Shown here: positions 45,320 to 57,300 of the stretch, piece by piece
Layout of the letters: the number at the start of each line of letters is the position of its first letter
Position numbering within the stretch: position 1 is the first letter of the stretch
NCBI RefSeq assembly: GCF_964355755.1
Contig: NC_092678.1
Location: 1,256,422 to 1,320,421 of the forward strand
Direction: 5' to 3'
From: Antedon mediterranea
Taxonomy: Eukaryota > Animalia > Echinodermata
Length of the DNA stretch: 64,000 nucleotides
Translations under genes and position numbers: made by a program
Notes under the pieces: model-generated
The model's input: only the letters and a program-made list of their open reading frames with translations
Database searches by the model: none
Told to the model about the DNA's origin: nothing

Positions 45320-48300
45320 ATGGAATTTGATGACTTCCAAAATAAACTGACACTGCGTTCTTTAAAACGTAACTTTAGTGTGCGTCAACCCATTAGACCG
45401 TTCATAAGTTCTACATTCACAGACTTCCAGATTGAAAGAGATCACCTTGTTAAAAATGTATTCCAACAGCTCGATGCAAAAAGCCGCCAGCATGGAACAT
45501 CCTTTTCGCCGATAGACTTGCGATGGGCCATCACAGAGGAACAGCTTAACAGCGGCCATGTTGTCAAGCTTTGTTTAGACTATGTCAACCAATGTGTACC
45601 ATTTTATATCTGTCTTTTGGGGGAGCGATATGGGTCTCACCGATCCCTGGAGGAACCCCCTCTGCCAAAATCCTCCAAAGAGTTAGAAAATGATGCTAAT
45701 TGGCTTGATAAGAATTTTATGAATGCGGCTAAGAATGGGTTTAGTTGGGTCGTGCAGGAATCATTGCAGAACAGCAGCATCACGGAGCTTGAGGTCATCC
45801 AAGCAGCGTTTCTTAATGCCAGCCCACATGTACGATTCTACTTTCGGGAAATGGACGGACTTGAAGATTTATTTTCAGACCTCACAGAAGAATGGAGAGA
45901 AGAAAAGTTAAAGGTACTTTCATTTTCTACCTCAAATAATATTCTATATTTTCCAAAGGGGTCATTTCACGCGTGTGTAATTAAACATTTTTTATAGGTA
46001 CAGTAACCGTGTCTATAGCCAATGTTTGATGCAGAGGCTATTGACATTGTACAGTAACTGTGTCTATAGCCAATGTTTGATGAAGAGGCTATTGACATTG
46101 TACAGTAGCTGAGCATTCATCATCGGTATGGTCAATGGTGCAACAAGGGGAATGCGCTGTTTGGAGCCCATCATACTAAGCCTCGGTATTACAGTATGTG
46201 GGAGTATTTTTTTAACCAGGACTGGCAGTTGTTCTTATCAGTAATTGACCCCTGTTCTCACCAGTAACCGCACGCCTCATACACTAATACTGATTTTTTA
46301 TTTTAATATTTAATAGTTGTTTAGAAGTGAGAGTGAATATGCAGAGCTGAAGATGGCTGATCTTAAGAAGCGTATCACCAACAAAGGATTACAAGTTGAA
46401 TTCTTCCGCTCACCAGAGCAGTTAGGAGATCTGATTCTGAAAGACTGGAAAGAAATAATAAATGAATGCTATCCACCAATTACATTGCTTCTAAACGAAT
46501 ATGGTAATTGTAATTAGTGTTCACATTTTCCTAATCAACACACACATGCTAACACTACCAGGTGGCATTATCTAGGATAAGAACGCCCTGGGTTGTTCCC
46601 ATGCAGACTACACTATTGTAGATCTCAATCTGGATTTACAGACTGCTTGTGTGAACCAGGCCTTAGAATTGAAATATAGGTCTCTGCCATCACCAATTTC
46701 TGAAACATTTAAACACAATTGTTTAATTGTTCTGTCTTTTATGCAGGAAAGGAATATTTTGACGATTGGTGCGCGCATCAAGCATTAGCTGCCACAAGAA
46801 CACATCAGTATGTCACAAGTACCAAGACCCTTGACCTGTTTGAGAAGTTAAACAGTAATGCTGTGGATACTCAAGAAGACCAGTACGACTCACCAGATGA
46901 TGTAGAATCTGTCAAAGAAAAGTGAGTTTAGAAGCTGCTGTTGGATCATGGTTTCATCTCTATAATTTAGTTGATATTTGTACACAAATTTATTCTCTGT
47001 ATTGTATTTTATTTGTGCCTTCAAAAAAATACTAGTACATTACGAAGAATTATTTTCCATAAAGGTTCATCAAAGTTTTTCAAGCCCTTTCATGGAACAT
47101 AAAGTGTGCATATTGTGATTCTCTTCTGAAGTTTTGTCTACACTTGTGATGTACCCATATGAACACGATAATGTCATATCACTACCATATTTGGCCACAT
47201 CACACCTCTTTTGTCAAACTAGTTAGATAGTGTAGACAGATATTTAGACTCTAAATTAAAACTATTTTATTTATATTTTTTAGGTCTGAAGATTCACCTT
47301 CTGTAATGGTTATTGTTGGCAAGAGAGGATCTGGCAAAACAGCATTGCTTGCCAATTGGATCAAGCAGTTCAAACAGGTTCATTCTGGCATGATGCTCTT
47401 GTCCCACTTTGTTGGAAGCAGTGCTCAAAGTCTTGATATCACGACATTCATGCGGCGTGTGACCTTTGAACTCAGGGAAAATTATTCAAGTATGTAATAA
47501 AAAATCAGACTTTTTTCTTCATGTTAAGTTATTTTTTGCATCTAAGAGAAAGAAGCAAAAACTCTGGCTCTGGTCTTACTGTTTAAATTCCTAATGTCTT
47601 TCTTAATATTAGAAATTCTGTTCCACCATCAACCATGAATAATGAACATTCCCAGAGCTGTTAATACTGTCTTTTGTAATACTGCTGGTAAAAAAATATA
47701 AAAATTGAGGCTTTGCATAATGCGCTATATAAACCAAATTTATTCTGACTGATTGAACTACGGTAGGCTAGGCGGCCTAGCTAGGCGGCCTAGCTAGGTC
47801 TAGACTCAGGAGGTGTAGGAAGACACCACCAAAGCTCATGTAGTGGGTAAAAGACCTTTTTTTTTATAGACGATGAAAGTGAGGAGTTACATAGACAAGA
47901 TAGAAATGATATGGATTTCAACAGCTTAAGCGAGGCCTTCTCAGCAGCTCTCCTGATGGGACCTTGCATCTTGGTAATAGACGGTCTGGATGAACTGAGT
48001 GGAAGCTACTCGGCAAACGCTCAGCAGGTATGATTATAATAATGTCTGAAAGCTTACCACTAAGAAGTAAAATTTTGACATGACTTCTTAACAGACTACC
48101 AATCCAGTTTCTGTAGCCAATCTCAAACGTTTGATTATTATGATTTCATATATGTGGTATTAAATTCAGGTTATAAATGTTTTCATAGGTGAAAGAGATG
48201 ACGTGGCTGCCAAATCCAATTCCACAACATTGCAAGATCATTGTCTCAACCGTCAAATCAGACTTATCGTACAAGTCACTCGTTTCACGTCCAGACTGCA

Positions 48301-51300
48301 TGGTTTATTGCCTTCCGATACTGTCCGATTCCACTTCAAAAACAGCTATTATGAAATCCCATTTTAAAAGTATAATGACCCAACATATTGACCAGGCTCT
48401 CAGGTGTCCATTGAATGACCGTCCACTGTTTCTCACAATTATTGCCAACGAATTGAGCATATCTGACTCGTGTGAACTAGACAATATGCTAGCACAGTAT
48501 TGTGAATGTACAACGTTTCGTGAATTATGGCGGTGTATTATTGATAACTGGTGTAAGACATATGGCTGGCAACGAGATGGGTTTAGATCATCCAATTCAT
48601 CAGGCTCTAACACAGGTAGGTTTTCTAAATAAGAATGTGAAAATACACTAAACACTAATTTAAAACATATCAATTAAGCCCTTTATTTTTCACATCAATT
48701 ACACATTTTGTTGGGAATTAAGTTCTTTTTTTTCACTCCTAGAATCAAGTTTGTCAGGCTGGGTAGCAGACTTACTCTGCCTCCTTGCAACATCCAGGCA
48801 AGGCATGTCGGAACCTGAGCTGCTCAGCTGTTTGAAACTGTTAGGCTACTCTGGTCAGACAGAGGTGACTCGTTTTGATTTTGCCAGATTTCGTCTAGCT
48901 ACTCAACACTGTTTGTTTGAAACACCTGACGGGATTATTGCGTTCTTCCACAACCACCTACGAGAGGCGGTGGAACACGCTTTATTAGGTAAGTTAAATG
49001 TTAGGTATCACAGCGTCAAATCTTTTCAACTACATATCACCAGATCGCAATGTTAATAGCTTATGAAAGAGTAGACTCCAGTAGCATCATACATAGTTAT
49101 TAAGCTAAGGGAACACTTACCCTTTAAATTTAATCATACTCTTCTCTAGTGTGATTGATGGACACAGCTACATGTGACTAAACCAGCAGAACATGTTAAT
49201 GTGTATATTATTATTTAAATTATAGGTGTTTTTGGAACTGGTGCATCAGACAATCTGATTGGCTCGTCCTCTGTCCTCATGCAGTCTGTTCTTCATCGTC
49301 AAAAGCAGTTCTATAGTGACATCATTGCAAAATATTTCTGGGAACAACCTCACTGCATCAGACGAACATTTGAGTTACCTTGGCAATTGGATAAAATTGG
49401 GGACACGGAGTCACTTTCGAATGTTCTTTCACAGCCAGAGTTAGTAAAAATTTATTTTAAATGTTGATTTGGTCAAAAGATTTTACAAGAGTTAAGAATA
49501 GAGGTTGTGGGGTTTAATTAGCTTCCTTCTAAAACAACCTTGTACATAAATTAATTTTGCCATGATTGAAGAATGTGGGTTACTATGCTTTGAAGATTGA
49601 AGTATGTGGGTTACTATGCTTTAAAGATTGAAATATGTGGGTTACTATGCTTTAAAGATTGAAATATGTGGGTTACTATGCTTTGAAGATTGAAGTATGT
49701 GGGTTACTATGCTTTAAAGATTGAAGTATGTGGGTTACTATGCTTTGAAGATTGAAGTATGTGGGTTACTATGCTTTGAAGATTGAAGTATGTGGGTTAC
49801 TATGCTTTGAAGATTGAAATATGTGGGTTACTATGCTTTGAAGATTGAAGTATGTGGGTTACTATGCTTTAAAGATTGAAGTATGTGGGTTACTATGCTT
49901 TGAAGATTGAAGTATGTGGGTTACTATGCTTTGAAGATTGAAGTATGTGGGTTACTATGCTTTGAAGATTGAAGTATGTGGGTTACTATGCTTTGAAGAT
50001 TGAAGTATGTGGGTTACTATGCTTTAAAGATTGAAGTATGTGGGTTACTATGCTTTGAAGATTGAAGTATGTGGGTTACTATGCTTTGAAGATTGAAGTA
50101 TGTGGGTTACTATGCTTTGAAGATTGAAGTATGTGGGTTACTATGCTTTAAAGATTGAAGTATGTGGGTTACTATGCTTTGAAGATTGAAGTATGTGGGT
50201 TACTATGCTTTGAAGATTGAAGTATGTGGGTTACTATGCTTTGAAGATTGAAATATGTGGGTTACTATGCTTTGAAGATTGAAGTATGTGGGTTACTATG
50301 CTTTAAAGATTGAAGTATGTGGGTTACTATGCTTTGAAGATTGAAGTATGTGGGTTACTATGCTTTGAAGATTGAAGTATGTGGGTTACTATGCTTTGAA
50401 GATTGAAGTATGTGGGTTACTATGCTTTGAAGATTGAAGTATGTGGGTTACTATGCTTTAAAGATTGAAGTATGTGGGTTACTATGCTTTGAAGATTGAA
50501 GTATGTGGGTTACTATGCTTTGAAGATTGAAATATGTGGGTTACTATGCTTTGAAGATTGAAGTATGTGGGTTACTATGCTTTGAAGATTGAAGTATGTG
50601 GGTTACTATGCTTTGAAGATTGAAGTATGTGGGTTACTATGCTTTGAAGATTGAAGTATGTGGGTTACTATGCTTTGAAGATTGAAGTATGTGGGTTACT
50701 ATGCTTTGAAGATTGAAGTATGTGGGTTACTATGCTTTGAAGATTGAAGTATGTGGGTTACTACAGTATGCTTTGAAGATACTAATGTGTGATGTTTATC
50801 TTCATAGAGAGCCAGTTGCTTTTTTTGCAACATAAAGTTTGATAGTGTAGAAAGAGCTTAAGGATAAATACAATAGTTTGAAAATCATGCAATTTTGTTT
50901 TTTTACAGCATGTTCTTGTCAATGTATGGTGAAGACGGCAACCACCAGACAGCTTTGAAGATTGAGTTAATGGAATATTGGAAGGTGTTGCTTAACCATC
51001 ATGAACCTTATGACCCTGCTCAAATATACAAGGATATGGTGCTCATTGCAATGCAAAAACATACATACTTAGAAAAGGTACACTCCCTCAGGTTCCCACC
51101 CATATTCTGTTGCACGTACAGTAGCTTCTTATGTATTAGCCATTGCTTTATATTCTGTGCTGTCATATCACAGGTTTTTTTTTTGCATAAATGCCGATTT
51201 ACACAGACAAGCAGTATTGGTAAGCGGAAAACGTGTAGCTTCTCCCCACAAGAATCTCTGTCTATCCTGAGTGAAAGCGCCCGTCCACTGCACGTTGTGT

Positions 51301-54300
51301 GTAAACCATGTAGCTTCTCCCCACAAGAATCTGTGTCTATCCTGATTGAAAGCCCCTGTCCACTGCAAGTTGTGTGTAAACCATGTAGCTTCTCCCCCAC
51401 AAGAATCTCTGTCTATCCTTAGTGAAAGCGCCCGTCCACTGCACGTTGTGTGTAAACCATGTAGCTTCTCCCCACAAGAATCTGTGTCTCTCCTGAGTGA
51501 AAGCCCCCGTCCACTGCACGTTGTGTGTAAACCATGTAGCTTCTCCCCACAAGAATCTGTATCTATCCTGAGTGAAAGACCCCGTCCACTGCACGTTGTG
51601 TGTAAACCATGTAGCTTCTCCCCACAAGAATCTGTATCTATCCTGAGTGAAAGACCCCGTCCACTGCACGTTGTGTGTAAACCTTGTAGCTTCTCCCCAC
51701 AAGAATCTGTGTCTATCCTGAGTGAAAGCCCGCGTCCACTGCACGTTGTTTGTAAATGGTCTTAAGGAATAACATAGATTCTATCCTGAGCAGAAACCAC
51801 CCGTCCACTGCACGTTGTGTGTAAATGGTCATAAGGAATAACATAGATTTTATATTTGTATTACTGTTACTGCTTGTCAGTGTAAATTGGTCTTTAGTGG
51901 TGATATTGTCTGAGATTGGTCTTTAGTGGTGATATTGTCTCAGATTGGTCTTTAGTGGTGATATTGTCTGAGATTGGTCTTTAGTGGTGATATTGTCTCA
52001 GATTGGTCTTTAGTGGTGATATTGTCTCAGATTAATGCACATTTTATTGGTTTATAAAGTTTATAAATTATTATCAATATGTTATGTGTATAATTTGTTT
52101 TTCAATTTGTAACATTTCTTCAGAATGTATGTCCAACCAAAGATTATGAAGAAGTGCAATTGAAATTTACGGAGTTAAACTTGGATGAAGAAGACAAAGA
52201 AGGAGAACCAGATGATGGAGATGACAAGGATGGAATGGAACCAGAAACCATCAATGAAGCACAAGAAGATGTTACCAATAGCTCTTCACACTCTGAAGGT
52301 ATATACACTTTCATACCATTAAAAAAATGTTTTAGTACAAAAGAAGCAATAAAAAGTAAATAATTTTGTTATTGAACTATTCAATGACTAACTATTCCAT
52401 GGCTAACTATTCAATAACTAACTATTCAATGGCTAACTATTCAATAACTAACTATTCAATGGCTAACTATTCAATAACTAACTATTCAATGGCTAACTAT
52501 TCAATGACTAACTATTCAATGGCTAACTATTCAATAACTAACTATTCAATGGCTAACTATTCAATAACTAACTATTCAATGGCTAACTATTCAATGACTA
52601 ACTATTTAATGGCTAAATGCTGCATTTTTCAAATACAATACCCTTTGTACCAGCAACATTCATATCTTTTATTACTATGATATTGGTTTTTAGGATTTCT
52701 TCAAAGTATTTTTCATTAACTTATTTATAAAAATTGATAAAACACTGGAGATCTTAGTGAATATAAAATATATTAATGTCCTGAATATAACAACTCCTGA
52801 CTTTCCAAGCATAAAATTAAAGTTATAGACGAGAATTATATTCATTGTTTTATGAATAAGTCATACTAATTTTGCGAATCAGTACACATGACTGCAAAGT
52901 ATAGACTAAAGCTCTGTCTACACTATCAAACTTGTTTGACAAAAATAGTGTAATGTGCCCAAATATGGTAGTTATATGCTCAAATATGGTATTGATATGA
53001 CATCATCATGTCCATATATGGGCACATCACATTTTTTTGTCACATAAATGGCTACTACTGTATGACATCTTATTTTAATACAGTGCACCCAATCACTGGT
53101 GTAACGCACAGGGCAAAGACTGCTCATACTCTGAGACTCTTTAAGCTCTGAGGCTCCTTAAGCTCTGAGACTCTTTAAGCTCTGAGGCTCCTTAAGCTCA
53201 TAGCCGTTACGCCACTGCACCTGATTATTAAAGCTTGATTTTAATATTTATGTTTTGATCGTGATAAGGTTATAAAGTTATATAGCATTACTAATGTCAC
53301 ACTCAATTTTTAAATTTGATAAATGACCTTACATCATTTTATCAAGTTTTTCTTTTTCAAATTAGAAGCACAACTTTATGCTTTTGTTTTCTAGAATCAT
53401 TTGGTGAAAGTGAGGTTGATAATGTACCTCGTCATGAGACTTACATTGCGAGGCTTGCATTGGATGCTGGGAAGTTTTTAGTGGAATTGGGCAACGTTGA
53501 AGTTTCACACCAACTCTTCACAATCGCTCATGAACAGTTAGTTAAGGTAAAGACAAATAAATGTGTGGTAGTCAACATGCTTTAAACTGAATAGTGTTGT
53601 GAGGAAGTTTATCAATAATTGTGTTTACACTCAGTATATCCATTTTTATTATAATTACAGTAATTTAAATTAAAAATAGTAGGATATCTCATTAAGCTGA
53701 CATAAATTGTGAGGCACATGCATAATATATAAAACGATTAATGTGTTCATGGTCAGTGACTAAAATTGGATAGTGGTCAGTGGTCAGTACGTGGTCAAAA
53801 TTTAGGGATGTTACATATACTGTAAAAAAAAAATAATTATGCTGTAATAGTTGTGAATGTGAATATTAATGTACAGTATAGAGTCAAATCTTTTATTTCT
53901 CTAGAGTTATCCACTTTCCTCGGAAGAACAATTCCTTCTTGTGAGTGTGAACGAAAGCTTAGGTGATTGGAACGAGACACAGTCGAATAGTTCAGAGGCC
54001 GCGCAGTTCTACCAAACAGCACTGGGGATCATCGGTGAAATACCTGATGAAAATGACCTCAAAAGATGTCAAATGGAACAATGCAAAGGTATGCTTGTAG
54101 AAATTCTTTAACATTCAGAATTCAGGAATAAGCGCATATTTAATTTTTATTCAAATTAAACTTTGAAATCTACATACCCACAATAGTCATAGTATCTCAT
54201 CTCATTGTCCATTTAAAAATTAACAGAAATTTGTTTTGAAAACTGGCATATCATATATAAATAAACAGTAAATATTACGCAAAAAAATTGCACCAACACA

Positions 54301-57300
54301 GATAAGCACTAAAACAACACAAAAAACAACAACATTCTCTGATAAAAATTGCTCACAAAATTAAAAATTACTTTTTATAATAATTATAATAATTTGATGT
54401 GCTTACAGTGCCAATTTTATAGAGATAGTCTTTTTTTGAAAATATGAAAAATTATGTGTTTTTTGTATTATTTCTTAATGTTTCTTTATGCATACAAAAA
54501 GTATACAAACACCAACTAAAACCATTTATAATTTAAAAAGATAATATTTAAAATGATTTTCGTAGCAAGCATCCTAAAATTAACAAATCAAAAATCAATA
54601 AAATAATACTTGAAATAAATGCTATACAACATTAAAAACATATAAAAAACATTGTCATTGAACCAAGATCTTCAGCTAATGCTCTTTCAACATTTTAAGC
54701 ATATTATTAAACCGCAGCCAGATTTGGTATAATTTAGATTGATATGTGTTCATTGTGGTTTTTAAGCACGTTGGCATTGTCCGCCCACGCGTTAACATTA
54801 TCATTTTTCCCATTGTGGTAATGTAGTTGTGAATAGCCTCTAGCTGTTTGTATCAAAGTAGCTATTTCCCTTTTCCGATCTTTATCATTTTTGATTTCAT
54901 TTTTCTCATCTTCTTTCGCTGTGAGCATTTTCCTACTTACGAAGGTTACTATTAATAGAAAATAATAATTAAAACAGAAATTAATTTTAATTTGATGTTT
55001 TTATGAGTGTTACTATAAATAGAAAATATTACTACAAAACAATTACTCTATTTAATAATAATATATTCTTTTTATACTGTAGTAACTTTTGTTAAGAAGG
55101 AACTACTATAAAGCTCTGTCTACATTGTTAAATATAATGTGACAAACAAATGTGATGACGTGCCCGACACAATGATGTCATATCTCTACCATATTTGGGC
55201 ATATTACTACCATATTTGGGCACATCACACTTTTTTTGTCAAAACTATTTTATAGACAGAGCTTGATAGAATATGTTTCAACAAAACGCTTATGTTATAT
55301 TTATTATATTCCTTTATTAAATATTACCTGTAATATAAATGAGGTAATTTCTATTTATAGTAGTTTTTTGACAAGTGTTACTGTAAACAGAAAAAAATTA
55401 CTATCTATAACAATTACTGGCATATTTTGTAATAACCATTGTATGGATTATTATATATAGAAACATTAAATATAAATAAATGTTAGCCAAAAAAATATGA
55501 AAATCACTGATTAAGGCCTAAGAGATTCCACGGTTCACTGCACAGTACTAAAAAATCATCCTTTCTAAAAGCCACTTAATTATTACATTTTATTTAAACA
55601 CATAGGTCAACTGATGACCCACTTGGGACGTAAACGAATGCTTAATGATGATGTCATTGGAGCCGAGGAACTACTTAAGGGCGCTGTAGATGCCATGAAA
55701 AATGCGAAAAGTACAGTTGGCCTAGCAACAGCCTATTTTAATCTGGGAGTATTAAAGTAAGTGTCATTGCATTTTATCGCTGTTATAGAGGTATAGCATT
55801 ATTCCGGTTCTTTATGTATTCATCAAGAAAGTTTGTGTGTACTTTAACCAAGGCAATCTAATAACAGGATGCTGAGCTCTGGAGATCAAAGGGTTTATCT
55901 GTGGCTGCGACATAATCAGTTTTACGCCCCTAAACTTTTCGATTGGTGGCCAATTGACTTTCTCAAATGTTTGGCTGCGGAAAATATGTAACATAATACA
56001 GTATTGTTGGTATTTGTTGCAGCCAGACATAAGATCAAAGGACTGTTACAAGTTCCTATCTTGGCAAGACAAGTTCAGTGTCCTGTTGTTAGATTGCCTT
56101 GCTTTAAATCTTACACAAATGTCCTTACCACACCTGATAAAGCAGAACATAATATCAAAGGACTGTTACAAGTTCCTATCTTGGCAAGACAAGTTCAGTG
56201 TCCTGTTGTTAGATTGCCTTGCTTTAAATCTTACACACATGTCCTTACCAACACCTGATAAAGCAGAGCATAATATCAAAGGACTGTTACAAGTTCCTAT
56301 CTTGGCAAGACAAGTTCAGTGTCCTGTTGTTAGATTGCCTTGCTTTAAATCTTACACACATGTCCTTACCACACCTGATAAAGCAGAACATAATATCAAA
56401 GGACTGTTACAAGTTCCTATCTTGGCAAGACAAGTTCAGTGTCCTGTTGTTAGATTGCCTTGCTTTAAATCTTACACACATGTCCTTACCAACACCTGAT
56501 AAAGCAGAGCATAATATCAAAGGACTGTTACAAGTTCCTATCTTGGCAAGACAAGTTCAGTGTCCTGTTGTTAGATTGCCTTGCTTTAAATCTTACACAC
56601 ATGTCCTTACCACACCTGATAAAGCAGAACATAATATCAAAGGACTGTTACAAGTTCCTATCTTGGCAAGACAAGTTCAGTGTCCTGTTGTTAGATTGCC
56701 TTGCTTTAAATCTTACACACATGTCCTTACCAACACCTGATAAAGCAGAGCATAATATCAAAGGACTGTTACAAGTTCCTATCTTGGCAAGACAAGTTCA
56801 GTGTCCTGTTGTTAGATTGCCTTGCTTTAAATCTTACACACATGTCCTTACCACACCTGATAAAGCAGAGCATAATATCAAAGCAATTTACTTTATACTT
56901 ACAGAAGAAATGAGGTACTCGTATATCTATTGAAGATGTTGCTAATTAGTGGGTGAAGAATAAAGTAAAAACGAACCCAACAAAGCGTAAAGGTGTTAGA
57001 AGTGTCCTACTGTTTAAAGATGTATTTTCCGTCATTTGTTTAAGATGAATAGGAGTGTCCCAAAAGGAGGGGTTCTTCAGAATTAACACTAGTCTTCTTT
57101 TCTTTCTTTCAGAGCCAAACAGCGAAAATATCAATCTTCAGAAAGATCCTTCAGAGATGCACTTAAAATGAGAGAGAAATGGTTTGGCCAATCACACCCA
57201 GTCGTTGCTGAAGTCTTGCATGACTTAGCGTATGTCTTATGCAAGGATCATTACAAGAAGTAAGTATTTAAATTACTGTTTAAAGCTCTGTCTACACTAT

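Noticed and set aside
18907-50780. Regular 31-61-bp arrays as CRISPR arrays
   Set aside because: Units are head-to-tail with no unique spacers, there are no cas genes, and the context is spliceosomal introns.
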